Shown: positions 36,860 to 45,886 of the stretch, piece by piece | Numbering within the stretch: the stretch's first letter is position 1 | Layout of the letters: the number at the start of each line of letters is the position of its first letter | NCBI GenBank assembly: GCA_964648415.1 | Contig: CAZYOC010000003.1 | Span: 1 to 48,832, forward strand | Source: an uncultured bacterium | Lineage (GTDB): Bacteria; Electryoneota; Electryoneia; Electryoneales; Electryoneaceae | Direction: 5' to 3' | DNA length: 48,832 nt | Position numbers and translations under genes: made by a program | Notes under the pieces: generated by a model | Database searches by the model: none | The model's input: only the letters and a program-made list of their open reading frames with translations | What the model was told of the DNA's origin: nothing

Positions 36860-37720
36860 TTAATCGGGCATCTTCGCGGTAATCATGTCCAGCATTTCAA
36901 TAGCTTTGCGATAGAGATCGGTCATTTCATGGCGTACGGCCATTTCGTCGAAGCCGGGCAAGGCCTTGATAATGGGCTGGGGTGTCGGCGGCATGGAGCC
37001 GTCCACACCATGATTGTATCCCGCACGGTGGGCCATCCAGTTGGCGAGGATGACAGTCTGCGTCAGGCTCTCTTCGAACTCTTCCACCGGATCGTGATGG
37101 CCGCTGGCGGCCTTATGAATCTGCTCGGGGAACTGCCACCGCTCCATCAGCCAGCCTACGACTTCCGCATGGTCGGTGTCGAACTTCGTCCGTTCCGCCT
37201 CAAAGGTATACTGTTCCTCAAACTGGGCGTTATGGACCACGTTGGCGTATTCTTCCGGGTAGGAAGCCGCCAGCAGCAACCGGCCGATATCATGCAGCAA
37301 GCCGGCAACGAAGGCTTCTCCCGGCAGGCCGGTGCGCCATTTCTGTGCGATAATCCTCGCCGCGACGCCGGTCGCCAGGCTGTGCGACCAGAACTTGCGC
37401 GACTCGATCAACGACTGATCAAACGCGTTGGTCGTGATGTCCAGAACGCTGGTACCCACAACGATTTCCCGGACCGCGTCAAAACCCAGCACCACGACCG
37501 CCAGGGGGACGGTGCCGATGGCCTTCGGGAAACCGTAAAACGATGAGTTGGCGTGTTTCAGCAGGCGCGCCGTCAACGTGGAATCCGAAGAGATCACCGT
37601 CGCCAACTCGCGAGCGGTAATGTTCGGATCATCAATCAACGCCTGCACCTGCATGGCCGCTTCGGGCAACGGTGGAATCTCCTCGCCGCCCTGAATGTAC
37701 TCCCTGATCTCGTCCCGCAC
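36860..37720 (-). CDS. HDOD domain protein
   Basis: IPPLP, LTARLLKHANSSFYG, FWSHSLA and AFVAGLLHDIGRL. Confidence 0.93.
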   Translation of the reverse strand: MRDEIREYIQGGEEIPPLPEAAMQVQALIDDPNITARELATVISSDSTLTARLLKHANSSFYGFPKAIGTVPLAVVVLGFDAVREIVVGTSVLDITTNAFDQSLIESRKFWSHSLATGVAARIIAQKWRTGLPGEAFVAGLLHDIGRLLLAASYPEEYANVVHNAQFEEQYTFEAERTKFDTDHAEVVGWLMERWQFPEQIHKAASGHHDPVEEFEESLTQTVILANWMAHRAGYNHGVDGSMPPTPQPIIKALPGFDEMAVRHEMTDLYRKAIEMLDMITAKMPD

Positions 37721-37735
37721 GTGTCTCTCCCGGGA

Positions 37736-38083
37736 TTACCCCTTGATATCCAATCCCTGCCCTTTGCCCTCGTCATCTTCCGGCCTTCGGAGACGTAATT
37801 CCTGCCAGCGCTCCTCCACCTCCTCCTGGCCGCGATGTTTCTTCCGTTTGCGTTTTTTCTGATCCTGTCGCCGCTCTTTCGCCTGTTCGTCACGGATCGC
37901 GCTCGCCCCGGCTTTCTCTTCCAGGATCGACGCCATATTCCGCTGGCGCTCTTCCATCAGGCGCCGCATCAGGACCAATTCCTGATCACGCATCTGACGC
38001 CCGCCCTCGTACATCCGGTCATACGCCTCCTGCGCCAGCATGGTCTTGCTGAAGTTATCCTGAAGGTAAAGCGGGCGTACCAT
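37736..38083 (-). CDS. Small charged hypothetical flagellar-locus protein
   Basis: RBS GGAGGG. MVRPLYLQ...GKGQGLDIKG. Lies downstream of fliA. Confidence 0.7.
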   Translation of the reverse strand: MVRPLYLQDNFSKTMLAQEAYDRMYEGGRQMRDQELVLMRRLMEERQRNMASILEEKAGASAIRDEQAKERRQDQKKRKRKKHRGQEEVEERWQELRLRRPEDDEGKGQGLDIKG

Positions 38084-38185
38084 GAACCCCTCCAGAAGGC
38101 GAAGCCTCCAAAAACGAAATATGGGCAGAAAACTCCGCCCAATCAATTATTCCGACTAAGGTTTATCGTTTCTCCATGTTGATTG

Positions 38186-38980
38186 TCAGGCCGATTTTCC
38201 TTTCGCCACCAAGCGCTGCATCAGTTTCCCTTTCAGCGTGATCATGATCTTGCTGTGGATCTGGGATACACGTGATTCACTGATGCCCAGCACCTCGCCC
38301 ACTTCGCGCAGGGTAAGATCCTCATAATAATACAAAGCGATCACCAACCGTTCCTGCTGGTTGAGAGTCTCGATCATCTTTTTTGCCAGAGCCTTGGCTT
38401 CAGCCCATTCGATCTCCCCGTCCATATCCGGCGCGTCTTCATCTTCCAGCAACTCGCCCATGGTGCTCTTCTCGCCCTCGGGCGACATGAACGGCTGATC
38501 CAGCGAAAGAATGCTGGCGACTTTTACCTCGTCGAGCATATGGTAATAGCTGTCCAGGTCGACATCCAGCTCCTTGCAGATTTCCTCGTCGGAGGGTACG
38601 CGCCCCAGATCGCCCTCGAGCTTGACCAGGGCCGCTTCCAGAGTTTTCACCTTGGTGCGGATGGAACGGGGCATCCAGTCATAATCGCGCAGGGAGTCCA
38701 GGATGCTGCCTCGGATCCGCGCCCCGGCGAAGGTCTCGAACTTGAAGCCGCGTTCCGGTTCAAAGTTGTCAATAGAGGCAATCAGCCCGATGATGCCGGA
38801 ATTGACCAGCTCGTTGATCTCCACCGACTGGGGCAATCCGATCTTGAGCCTGCCCGCGACCTGCTGCACCAACGGGAGATAGCGAATCACCAGCTCGTCT
38901 TTGACAAGCTGAGTCCTCTCGTTGGCGTACAACTCCCAAAGCTTGTCGATATCCATCTTGGCAAGCTCGGACACGGTCAT
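38186..38980 (-). CDS. fliA: Flagellar sigma factor sigma28
   Basis: FETFA..RIRGSILD.LR..DW.PRS.R and LYYYEDLTLREVGEVLGISESRVSQIH. Confidence 0.97.
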   Translation of the reverse strand: MTVSELAKMDIDKLWELYANERTQLVKDELVIRYLPLVQQVAGRLKIGLPQSVEINELVNSGIIGLIASIDNFEPERGFKFETFAGARIRGSILDSLRDYDWMPRSIRTKVKTLEAALVKLEGDLGRVPSDEEICKELDVDLDSYYHMLDEVKVASILSLDQPFMSPEGEKSTMGELLEDEDAPDMDGEIEWAEAKALAKKMIETLNQQERLVIALYYYEDLTLREVGEVLGISESRVSQIHSKIMITLKGKLMQRLVAKGKSA

Positions 38981-39297
38981 GACTCACCGGCCTTCGACTG
39001 TTCAGGCTGACGTGATTCCTCGTGGGCGCGCAAAGCTTCTTCCTCCTCCTCTTCCTCCAGGGCGGACGCTTCCTCCGTCTCCCGTTGCAAACGCTGAACT
39101 TCATATTCATGCAGCAAACGTGCGATGATACTCGACGTCACGATACTGATAATATGATACACAAAATAGACCACGACTCCCCAGAACAGGGACATGAAGA
39201 TGGGTTTTTGCAGATAGAGGTTCCAGGCGGTCACCCCGAAGAGCAGGGCGAACGCGATGGCCTGGCTGACGTAGCTCCATCCGCTTTGCTTCTTCAA
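38977..39297 (-). CDS. Small two-TM membrane protein with acidic tail
   Basis: Two hydrophobic segments and a poly-Glu tail. Overlaps flhG and fliA by 4 nt each. Confidence 0.7.
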   Translation of the reverse strand: MKKQSGWSYVSQAIAFALLFGVTAWNLYLQKPIFMSLFWGVVVYFVYHIISIVTSSIIARLLHEYEVQRLQRETEEASALEEEEEEEALRAHEESRQPEQSKAGES

Positions 39298-40184
39298 TCC
39301 TCACTCCTGCTGGTAAAAATGCGCTGGAGGAAATTGGCTCGATCTTCGCTCGACACCGGCATTTTCAGGTATTTCCGCGCCATCATCATCAACGCAGTTG
39401 TGGCGGGGCTGCGGGGGAAAAGAGTCGCAAACGGCTCCCGTTTGGCCACCGCCACGGGCACATTCGGGTCCACCGGCAGATAGCCCAGCAGGTCCAGGTC
39501 CACATGCAGGAAATTCCTCACCGCCAGTTGCAGCTTCTCAAACGTATCCATGGCGTCACGCTGACGCTGCGCCAGGTTGATCAACACCATGATTTTCAGC
39601 ATCGGATTGCGTGTGATCGCCACCTTCACCATGGCGTAAGCGTCGGTGATGGACGTCGGCTCGGAATTGGTCACCAGGATGACGTCATCCGCGCCGACCA
39701 CAAATTGCATCACATTTTCCGACAAACCCGCCCCGGTGTCGATCAGGATGATATCATACAGCCGTTCAAACTCTTCAAACGCGGAGATCATCTTATTGCG
39801 GACTTCGCTGTCGCGTTCCAGCATCTCCACCACGCCGCTGCTGCCGGGCAGGATCTTGATGCCCGCCGGGCCGTTGGTCAGCACCTCGCTGAAATACGCG
39901 TCCCCCGTGATCACGTCGTACAAAGTAGCCCGCATCTTCAGGCCCAGCAGGATATCCAGATTGGCGAGGTTGGTGTCGGCGTCCACCAGCAGCACACGTT
40001 GGCCCAGCTTTCCGAACGTGATCGCCAGGTTCAGGCTGATATTGGATTTTCCCACCCCCCCCTTGCCGGAGGTGACCGCAATCCGGCGCGCACGTTTCTT
40101 GCCGCCCTCCTCGCGCGACTGCCGGCGCGGGGATCCCATTCTGCGACTCTGTTTGCGAAGTGGTTCCGCCTGATCTGAAGGCAT
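39294..40184 (-). CDS. flhG: MinD-like ATPase FlhG/FleN
   Basis: DQA N-terminal motif, SGKGGVGKS, DTGAG and EPTSITDAYA. Confidence 0.95.
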   Translation of the reverse strand: MPSDQAEPLRKQSRRMGSPRRQSREEGGKKRARRIAVTSGKGGVGKSNISLNLAITFGKLGQRVLLVDADTNLANLDILLGLKMRATLYDVITGDAYFSEVLTNGPAGIKILPGSSGVVEMLERDSEVRNKMISAFEEFERLYDIILIDTGAGLSENVMQFVVGADDVILVTNSEPTSITDAYAMVKVAITRNPMLKIMVLINLAQRQRDAMDTFEKLQLAVRNFLHVDLDLLGYLPVDPNVPVAVAKREPFATLFPRSPATTALMMMARKYLKMPVSSEDRANFLQRIFTSRSED

Positions 40185-40316
40185 CGAATCGTCCTTTATC
40201 CTGGCATCTGGTTTACACGCCTGTCCACCGGGGCGTCACTCTGGTCAAATATGCAACATTGAAGCAGCCTGCGCTGCCATAATCCATAAGAAGATGCAGT
40301 TTTCCGAGGGACCCGT

Positions 40317-41624
40317 TCAGGCCTCGACACGGAAATTATCCCGGCGCATCTCCTCAAATACAGCTCTACTGGTCATCATCTCGGCCAGCATCTCGGGGTC
40401 CGCCGGCAGGATGTCATCGGGAACATTTTGTCCCGTCGTCAGGAAAACCCATTGCCGTTTCAACAGATCGGCGACATCCAGCAGATGCCCGGGCGTGGCG
40501 ATCTCATCCAGTTTGGTCAACACCACCCGCGAGCAGGGTACAATCCCGAAGCGCCGGATGATCTCCTTCTGGTCCTCCACGCGCGTACCCGCCGAGAGCA
40601 CCAGTACAACCTCGTCCGCCTGGGCCTCGTCCATGAATTCTTTCAGTTCCAGCAGCGCGCCGGAATCGTTCTGGCTGCGGCCTGCGGTGTCGATCAGCAC
40701 CACGTCCTTGCCCTGCTGCCGTCGAATCGCCTTTGGCAACTCTTCCGGACGATACACGACATCCATGGACACGCCCGCGATGCCGGCGAAGGTCTGCAAC
40801 TGCTCCACCGCCGCGACACGGTAGGTGTCTGTGGAAACAAGGGCCACCGATTTCCCGCCGTAGATCAACCGGTTGGTGGCCATCTTCGCCAGGGTGGTGG
40901 TTTTGCCAACCCCCGTCGGGCCGATCAACGCCACCACCAGCGGCCGATTTTCATGCCGATGAGATGAGAGCCTTCCAGTCGAGAATCGCGCCGCGATCAT
41001 CTCATGGAACGCCGGATCGATGACCGTGTCATCTTCCAGCTCATCACCCTTCAACTCGATATACAGTTTCTGACAAATATCATGCGCAATGCGTTCACCG
41101 ACACCGTTTTCCACAAGGTTCATCCAGCGCTGCTTCAGTTTGTCCGGCAGGCTGGGAGCGTTCTTGTACTTCAGATGCGTGGCCAGATCCTTGACCGTAT
41201 CCCGCAGCTCGCTCAATTCGCTCTGTACAGACTGCATGGAACTGTCATCGCCGGCAGTCGCTTTCCCGGGTTTCTTTGCTTCCACCCAGGATTCGGCCTG
41301 TTGGGCCAGTTTTTCCGCCGGACCGGGCTTTTGCGCCGGGGAGGTCCAGCCGCCATCGTCCGCGGGTTTCCCGGGTTTTGGACTGCTGCTGCGTTCCAGC
41401 GTTTTCCGCTTCTCGTCGCTCAATTTCATCGAGCGGATGGATTCCGGCACATGCTCATCCGGGGTGGCGGCGGTCACCTCGATCACCTGCTTGCCCATGA
41501 AGCTGAGCAGTCCTCCCTTGTCCACCTTCCGGGACTGAAGGATGACTGCATCTTCACCCAGCTCCTGCTTCACCATTCGCAGGGCTTCGGGCATGGTTTC
41601 CGCCGTGAATTTCTTGATGATCAT
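40317..41624 (-). CDS. flhF: SRP-type GTPase FlhF
   Basis: MIIKKF.A..M.EAL..VK.ELG.DAVIL, GPTGVGKTTT, DTYR, DTAGR, TKLDE and GQNVPDD. Confidence 0.96.
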   Translation of the reverse strand: MIIKKFTAETMPEALRMVKQELGEDAVILQSRKVDKGGLLSFMGKQVIEVTAATPDEHVPESIRSMKLSDEKRKTLERSSSPKPGKPADDGGWTSPAQKPGPAEKLAQQAESWVEAKKPGKATAGDDSSMQSVQSELSELRDTVKDLATHLKYKNAPSLPDKLKQRWMNLVENGVGERIAHDICQKLYIELKGDELEDDTVIDPAFHEMIAARFSTGRLSSHRHENRPLVVALIGPTGVGKTTTLAKMATNRLIYGGKSVALVSTDTYRVAAVEQLQTFAGIAGVSMDVVYRPEELPKAIRRQQGKDVVLIDTAGRSQNDSGALLELKEFMDEAQADEVVLVLSAGTRVEDQKEIIRRFGIVPCSRVVLTKLDEIATPGHLLDVADLLKRQWVFLTTGQNVPDDILPADPEMLAEMMTSRAVFEEMRRDNFRVEA

Positions 41625-41684
41625 GAGACTCTTCCGCTGACACGCGCATCGCCGTCAAGAACCGCCTCTGCCAAGACGCATTCT

Positions 41685-43937
41685 TCAGGGCCGCGGGTTT
41701 GGATTCTGCTGCTTCCGCTTCCCCTGTTGCGGTCTTTGTCCAGCCGGTTTGGGCGCATCATTTTGCGGCGGGCGCTGTTGCGCGCCGGCGGGACGGCCCT
41801 GCTCCGGTTGCTGCGGCGGCGCCAGGGAAACCGTACCCACAGACTCCACCTGAACGTTGACCAGCAATTCTCCGTAAGATAAGACAACGATTTGCGGCAT
41901 AACAGGCTCAATCAGCTTGCGCAACACCTGGCGCACCGCCGGCGAGGTCACCACCATCGGCTGCCGTCCGCTTGCGGTCATCCTGTCCACCAACTGCGAC
42001 AAGCTGGTATAAACAGCGTTGATAATCTGCGGCGGCAGGTCGACCACTCCCAGTTGCAACCCCCGTCCCTGCGACCGTTGCGCAGCATCGCTCAGAGCGT
42101 TTTCCACCTCCGGGTCGAGCGTCAGCGCGTAGATCTTGCCGTCATCCTCAATAAAGCGCTGAGTAATCGTCGAGGACATGGCATAGCGGACGTATTCCAC
42201 CAGGATGTCCGTATCCTTCGTCATGGGCGCGTAATCCGCAAGCGTCTCCATGATGGAACCCAGGTCACGGATCGGAATCGACTCCTTCAGCAGCTTCTGC
42301 AGCACCTTATGTACGCCGCCGATGGTCATCAGGTTCGGGATCAGCTCCTCAACCACGGTCGGGTTGTCTTCCTTCAGATTGTCAATCAGGTTGCTGACGT
42401 CCTTCCGGCTGAGCAGCTTGTGGGCGTTTGCTTTGATGACCTCCACCAGGTGGGTGGCGAGCACCGCGGTCGGCTCTACGACCGTGTAGCCGGCGGCCTC
42501 GGCTCGGTCACGGGATTTCTGATTGATCCACAGCGCCGGCAGGCCGTAGGTCGGCTCCCGTGTCTCGATCCCTTCCATCTTTTCGCTGGCCGTTCCGGGA
42601 TTCAACGCCAGCAGAGAACCCATTTTCAGTTCGCCGCGCGCCTGTTCATTCCCGCGAATCTTGATGATGTATTCCGTAGGCTTGAGCTGGATGTTATCCC
42701 GGATACGGATGGGCGGCACGACAATGCCCAGCTGGATTGCCTGTTGTTTCCGGATCATGGTGATTCGGCTCAGCAGGTCGCCCTCCTGCTCGCTGTCAAT
42801 CAGGGGAATCAGAGAGTACCCGATTTCCAGCTCCATGGGATCGATGTAGAGATAGTCCTCGATTTTGTCCGGTTCTTTAACTTTCGGTTTCTCTTCCGCT
42901 TCGATTTGCTCCAGCTTCGAGGCCGTCTGTTTCTGGGATCGATACGTTCTCCAGGCAACGACACCCGTGCCGACAGACAACAGTAAGAACGGAAGCGTGG
43001 GCAAACCTGGCACCATGGCGAAGAAGGCCAGCACACCGGTCACGATAGCCAGCGGTTTGGGCCTGACCAGCAATTGCCCGGTGAACTCACGACCGAGGTT
43101 CATTTCCGAGGCTGCGCGGGCGACGATGATACCGGCTGAGGTTGAAATCACCAGCGACGGGATCTGGCTGACGAGCCCGTCACCTACGGTGAGGATGGTG
43201 TAGGTGTTCAGCGCTTCCCGGAAGGGCATTTGCATCTGCCACATGCCAATAGCGATCCCGCCGATAATGTTGATGGCGGTGATGATCAAACCTGCGCTGG
43301 CGTCTCCTCGAACGAACTTCGCCGCACCGTCCATGGCGCCGTAGAAGTCCGCTTCCCGGCGGATGTCGTCACGGCGTGTCCGGGCTTCCGCCTCCGAGAG
43401 AATGCCGTTATTCATGTCGGCGTCTACGGCGAGCTGCTTGCCGGGCATGGCGTCCAGGGTAAACCGCGCCGCAACTTCCGCGATTCGGCCCGACCCCTTG
43501 GTGATTACCGTCAGGTTGATCAACACAAGGATCAGGAAGATCACGATACCGACGATGTAATTGCCCCCGATGACAAACCCACCGAACGCCTCGATGATGT
43601 TGCCGGCGTAGCCCTTACCGAGGATCATCCTTGTGGAGGCGACGTTGATGCCCAACCGCAGCAGCGTTGTGAGCAGCAGCAATCCGGGGAAAACACTGAA
43701 GTCCAGCGATCTTTCGGTATACATCGCGACCATCAGCACGATTAGCGCGATGCAGATGTTGAGTGCGATCAAGAGGTCGAGGATCATCGGCGGCACCGGG
43801 AGCACCATCAAGACGATGACTCCGACGACACCGATGGCCAGTGTAATATCGCTGCGCTCCAGGAGTTTGTTCAGCCAGGGAGCCTGGTTGAGCCGTTCTT
43901 CTGTGGAAAGGTGCGCAGTGGATTGAGCTTCGGCCAT
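41685..43937 (-). CDS. flhA: Flagellar export gate protein FlhA
   Basis: EVAARFTLDAMPGKQ, FYGAMDGAAKFVRGD and GDGLVSQIP. Confidence 0.98.
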   Translation of the reverse strand: MAEAQSTAHLSTEERLNQAPWLNKLLERSDITLAIGVVGVIVLMVLPVPPMILDLLIALNICIALIVLMVAMYTERSLDFSVFPGLLLLTTLLRLGINVASTRMILGKGYAGNIIEAFGGFVIGGNYIVGIVIFLILVLINLTVITKGSGRIAEVAARFTLDAMPGKQLAVDADMNNGILSEAEARTRRDDIRREADFYGAMDGAAKFVRGDASAGLIITAINIIGGIAIGMWQMQMPFREALNTYTILTVGDGLVSQIPSLVISTSAGIIVARAASEMNLGREFTGQLLVRPKPLAIVTGVLAFFAMVPGLPTLPFLLLSVGTGVVAWRTYRSQKQTASKLEQIEAEEKPKVKEPDKIEDYLYIDPMELEIGYSLIPLIDSEQEGDLLSRITMIRKQQAIQLGIVVPPIRIRDNIQLKPTEYIIKIRGNEQARGELKMGSLLALNPGTASEKMEGIETREPTYGLPALWINQKSRDRAEAAGYTVVEPTAVLATHLVEVIKANAHKLLSRKDVSNLIDNLKEDNPTVVEELIPNLMTIGGVHKVLQKLLKESIPIRDLGSIMETLADYAPMTKDTDILVEYVRYAMSSTITQRFIEDDGKIYALTLDPEVENALSDAAQRSQGRGLQLGVVDLPPQIINAVYTSLSQLVDRMTASGRQPMVVTSPAVRQVLRKLIEPVMPQIVVLSYGELLVNVQVESVGTVSLAPPQQPEQGRPAGAQQRPPQNDAPKPAGQRPQQGKRKQQNPNPRP

Positions 43938-43974
43938 CTTCTATCCCAAGGTTGGTGGTTGCCATCCTTGGAAA

Positions 43975-43990
43975 AGCAAGCGGTGTGCCC
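43975..43990 (-). promoter_or_regulatory. Sigma54 promoter of the flhA operon
   Basis: Minus strand GGGCAC-ACCGC-TTGCT in the flhB-flhA gap. Confidence 0.8.
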
Positions 43991-44005
43991 AAAGCTAAGG
44001 TACTG

Positions 44006-45097
44006 TTAAGCGGGGACTTCCTCATCACGGAGTTCGTAGATGTAGGCGATGATTTCCGCCACATCCTGATAGAATTGCCCCGGTATCTCCTCGCCGATTT
44101 CGCAGGACTTGTACAGGGCGCGTGCGAGAGGCGGGTTTTCGAGGATGGGAATGTCGTGTTCGCGGGCGACTTCCTTGATGCGTTCCGCCAGCAGGCGCAG
44201 GCCTTTGCCGACCAGCACCGGCGCTTTCATGGTTTCCGGATCGTACTTGAGCGCCACCGCCACATGCACCGGGTTGGTGACGACCACATCCGCTTCCGGT
44301 AATTCCTTGATCATCTTGTTGAAGGCGAACTGCATGCCCATTTCCCGGATCTTCCGTTTGATTTTCGGATCGCCGTCCATCATTTTCCGCTCTTCCTTCA
44401 CCTCTGTTTTCGTCATTTTGAGATCCTGATGATGGTTCCATTTCTGCCAGATGAAGTCAATGATCGCCAGCACAAAGAGCAATGACAGCGTCCATATGGC
44501 GACTTCCAGGATGGTGTGAATGAGGAACAGGAAAATGGCTCCGACATTGGAATCCATCAGCGGCACGAACTGGGGCCAGGCGCGCCGGACGACCGTATAG
44601 GCCGTATAGCCGATAATCAGCAGCTTGATGATATTCACCCCAAGCTGCATAATCGCTTTCTTGTTGACGAGCTTTTTGAATCCCTTCATCCCGTCGGAGA
44701 AGGGATTCATTTTGCCCCACTTTGGTTTCAGGGCTTTCTTGGACCAGAGGAAGCCGAACTGGAGATAGTTGATAACAATGGCCATAATGGCGACTACAAT
44801 CAGGATAGGCGCCAGCGTGATCAACAACCATACACTTGCTGCAGTCATAAATCCATTGAAATTATACGCGTCAATCTGGAAGAGGGACAAGTCGCCGTAA
44901 ATGCCCTTGGTGAGCCCCATCATGCGGTCCATCATCCACCCGCCCCAGATGGTCAGGGTGGCCAGACCGCCGAAGATCACCGCGAAGCTGTTCAGCTCCT
45001 GGGATTTGGCGACATTACCATCGCTGCGAGCGTCACGTTGCCGCTTGCCGGATGGTTTTTCGGATTTTTCCTGGCCGTCTTTGTTTTCGCGCGGCAT
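44006..45097 (-). CDS. flhB: Flagellar export protein FlhB
   Basis: EKSEKPS, KMTK.EVKEE....GDP, autocleavage site NPVH, and ENPPLARALY. Confidence 0.97.
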   Translation of the reverse strand: MPRENKDGQEKSEKPSGKRQRDARSDGNVAKSQELNSFAVIFGGLATLTIWGGWMMDRMMGLTKGIYGDLSLFQIDAYNFNGFMTAASVWLLITLAPILIVVAIMAIVINYLQFGFLWSKKALKPKWGKMNPFSDGMKGFKKLVNKKAIMQLGVNIIKLLIIGYTAYTVVRRAWPQFVPLMDSNVGAIFLFLIHTILEVAIWTLSLLFVLAIIDFIWQKWNHHQDLKMTKTEVKEERKMMDGDPKIKRKIREMGMQFAFNKMIKELPEADVVVTNPVHVAVALKYDPETMKAPVLVGKGLRLLAERIKEVAREHDIPILENPPLARALYKSCEIGEEIPGQFYQDVAEIIAYIYELRDEEVPA

Positions 45098-45100
45098 ACT

Positions 45101-45886
45101 CTACCCAGCCATGGTGCGGATGAAGTCGATCATGTTCCCTTGCCAGTTGGCGAAAGTCTTCCCGAACACGAAAACAAAAAAGGGCAGTGACAGGGCGATG
45201 GTAAAAATCCCTATGCCGATTTTCAACGGGAAGCCGACCAACCAGACATTCATCTGGGGAACCGTCCTCGCCAGGATGCCCAATGCAAACTCCGTGACGA
45301 GAATCGCAACCAGCACCGGGGCGCAGAATTTCACCCCCAGGATAAAGATATCCGCACTCAACCGGGCAAAGCCTTCCACCATCAACGGGGAAAAAGTGCC
45401 GCTTCCGACCGGGATACGAAGGAACGCTTCGTCAATAGCCAACAGGAGGAAATGGTGGCCGCCCATCAGCAGAAACAGCATGATCGACAGCATGTTCCAG
45501 ATCTGGGCGATGATGGGCATCTGGATGTCCACCAGCGGGTCGACCGTGTTGATAATGCCAAAACCGATCTGCCTGCCGATGATAAAGCCCGCGAGTTGTA
45601 CGCCATAGAACATGAAATGCCCCACGATGGCGGCGGCGATGCCAATCAGAATCTCTTTCAGCACATACCCGAAAAAGGCGATCACACCCGGAATGTAGGT
45701 GAGCGTCATCTCCGGATGCAAAGGAAACAGGATGGCGGTCACCATGACGGCGAGTCCAACCTTGAACTGGTTGGGGAAGGCGGTGAGGCCGAAGAAAGGC
45801 ATCGCCATGAACATGGCGGCGATCCGGAAGAACATCAGCAGCCACCGTTCAACTTCATCGAGGTTGAACTGCAGCACCTCCATCAT
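45101..45886 (-). CDS. fliR: Flagellar export protein FliR
   Basis: Multi-TM with MPFF, KEILIG, QIGF and LARTVPQMNV...GFPLKI. Confidence 0.95.
   Translation of the reverse strand: MMEVLQFNLDEVERWLLMFFRIAAMFMAMPFFGLTAFPNQFKVGLAVMVTAILFPLHPEMTLTYIPGVIAFFGYVLKEILIGIAAAIVGHFMFYGVQLAGFIIGRQIGFGIINTVDPLVDIQMPIIAQIWNMLSIMLFLLMGGHHFLLLAIDEAFLRIPVGSGTFSPLMVEGFARLSADIFILGVKFCAPVLVAILVTEFALGILARTVPQMNVWLVGFPLKIGIGIFTIALSLPFFVFVFGKTFANWQGNMIDFIRTMAG

Noticed and set aside
41621-41911. 96-aa minus-strand ORF bridging flhA and flhF
   Set aside because: It lies mostly in an alternative frame of the flhA 3' end and has no independent support.
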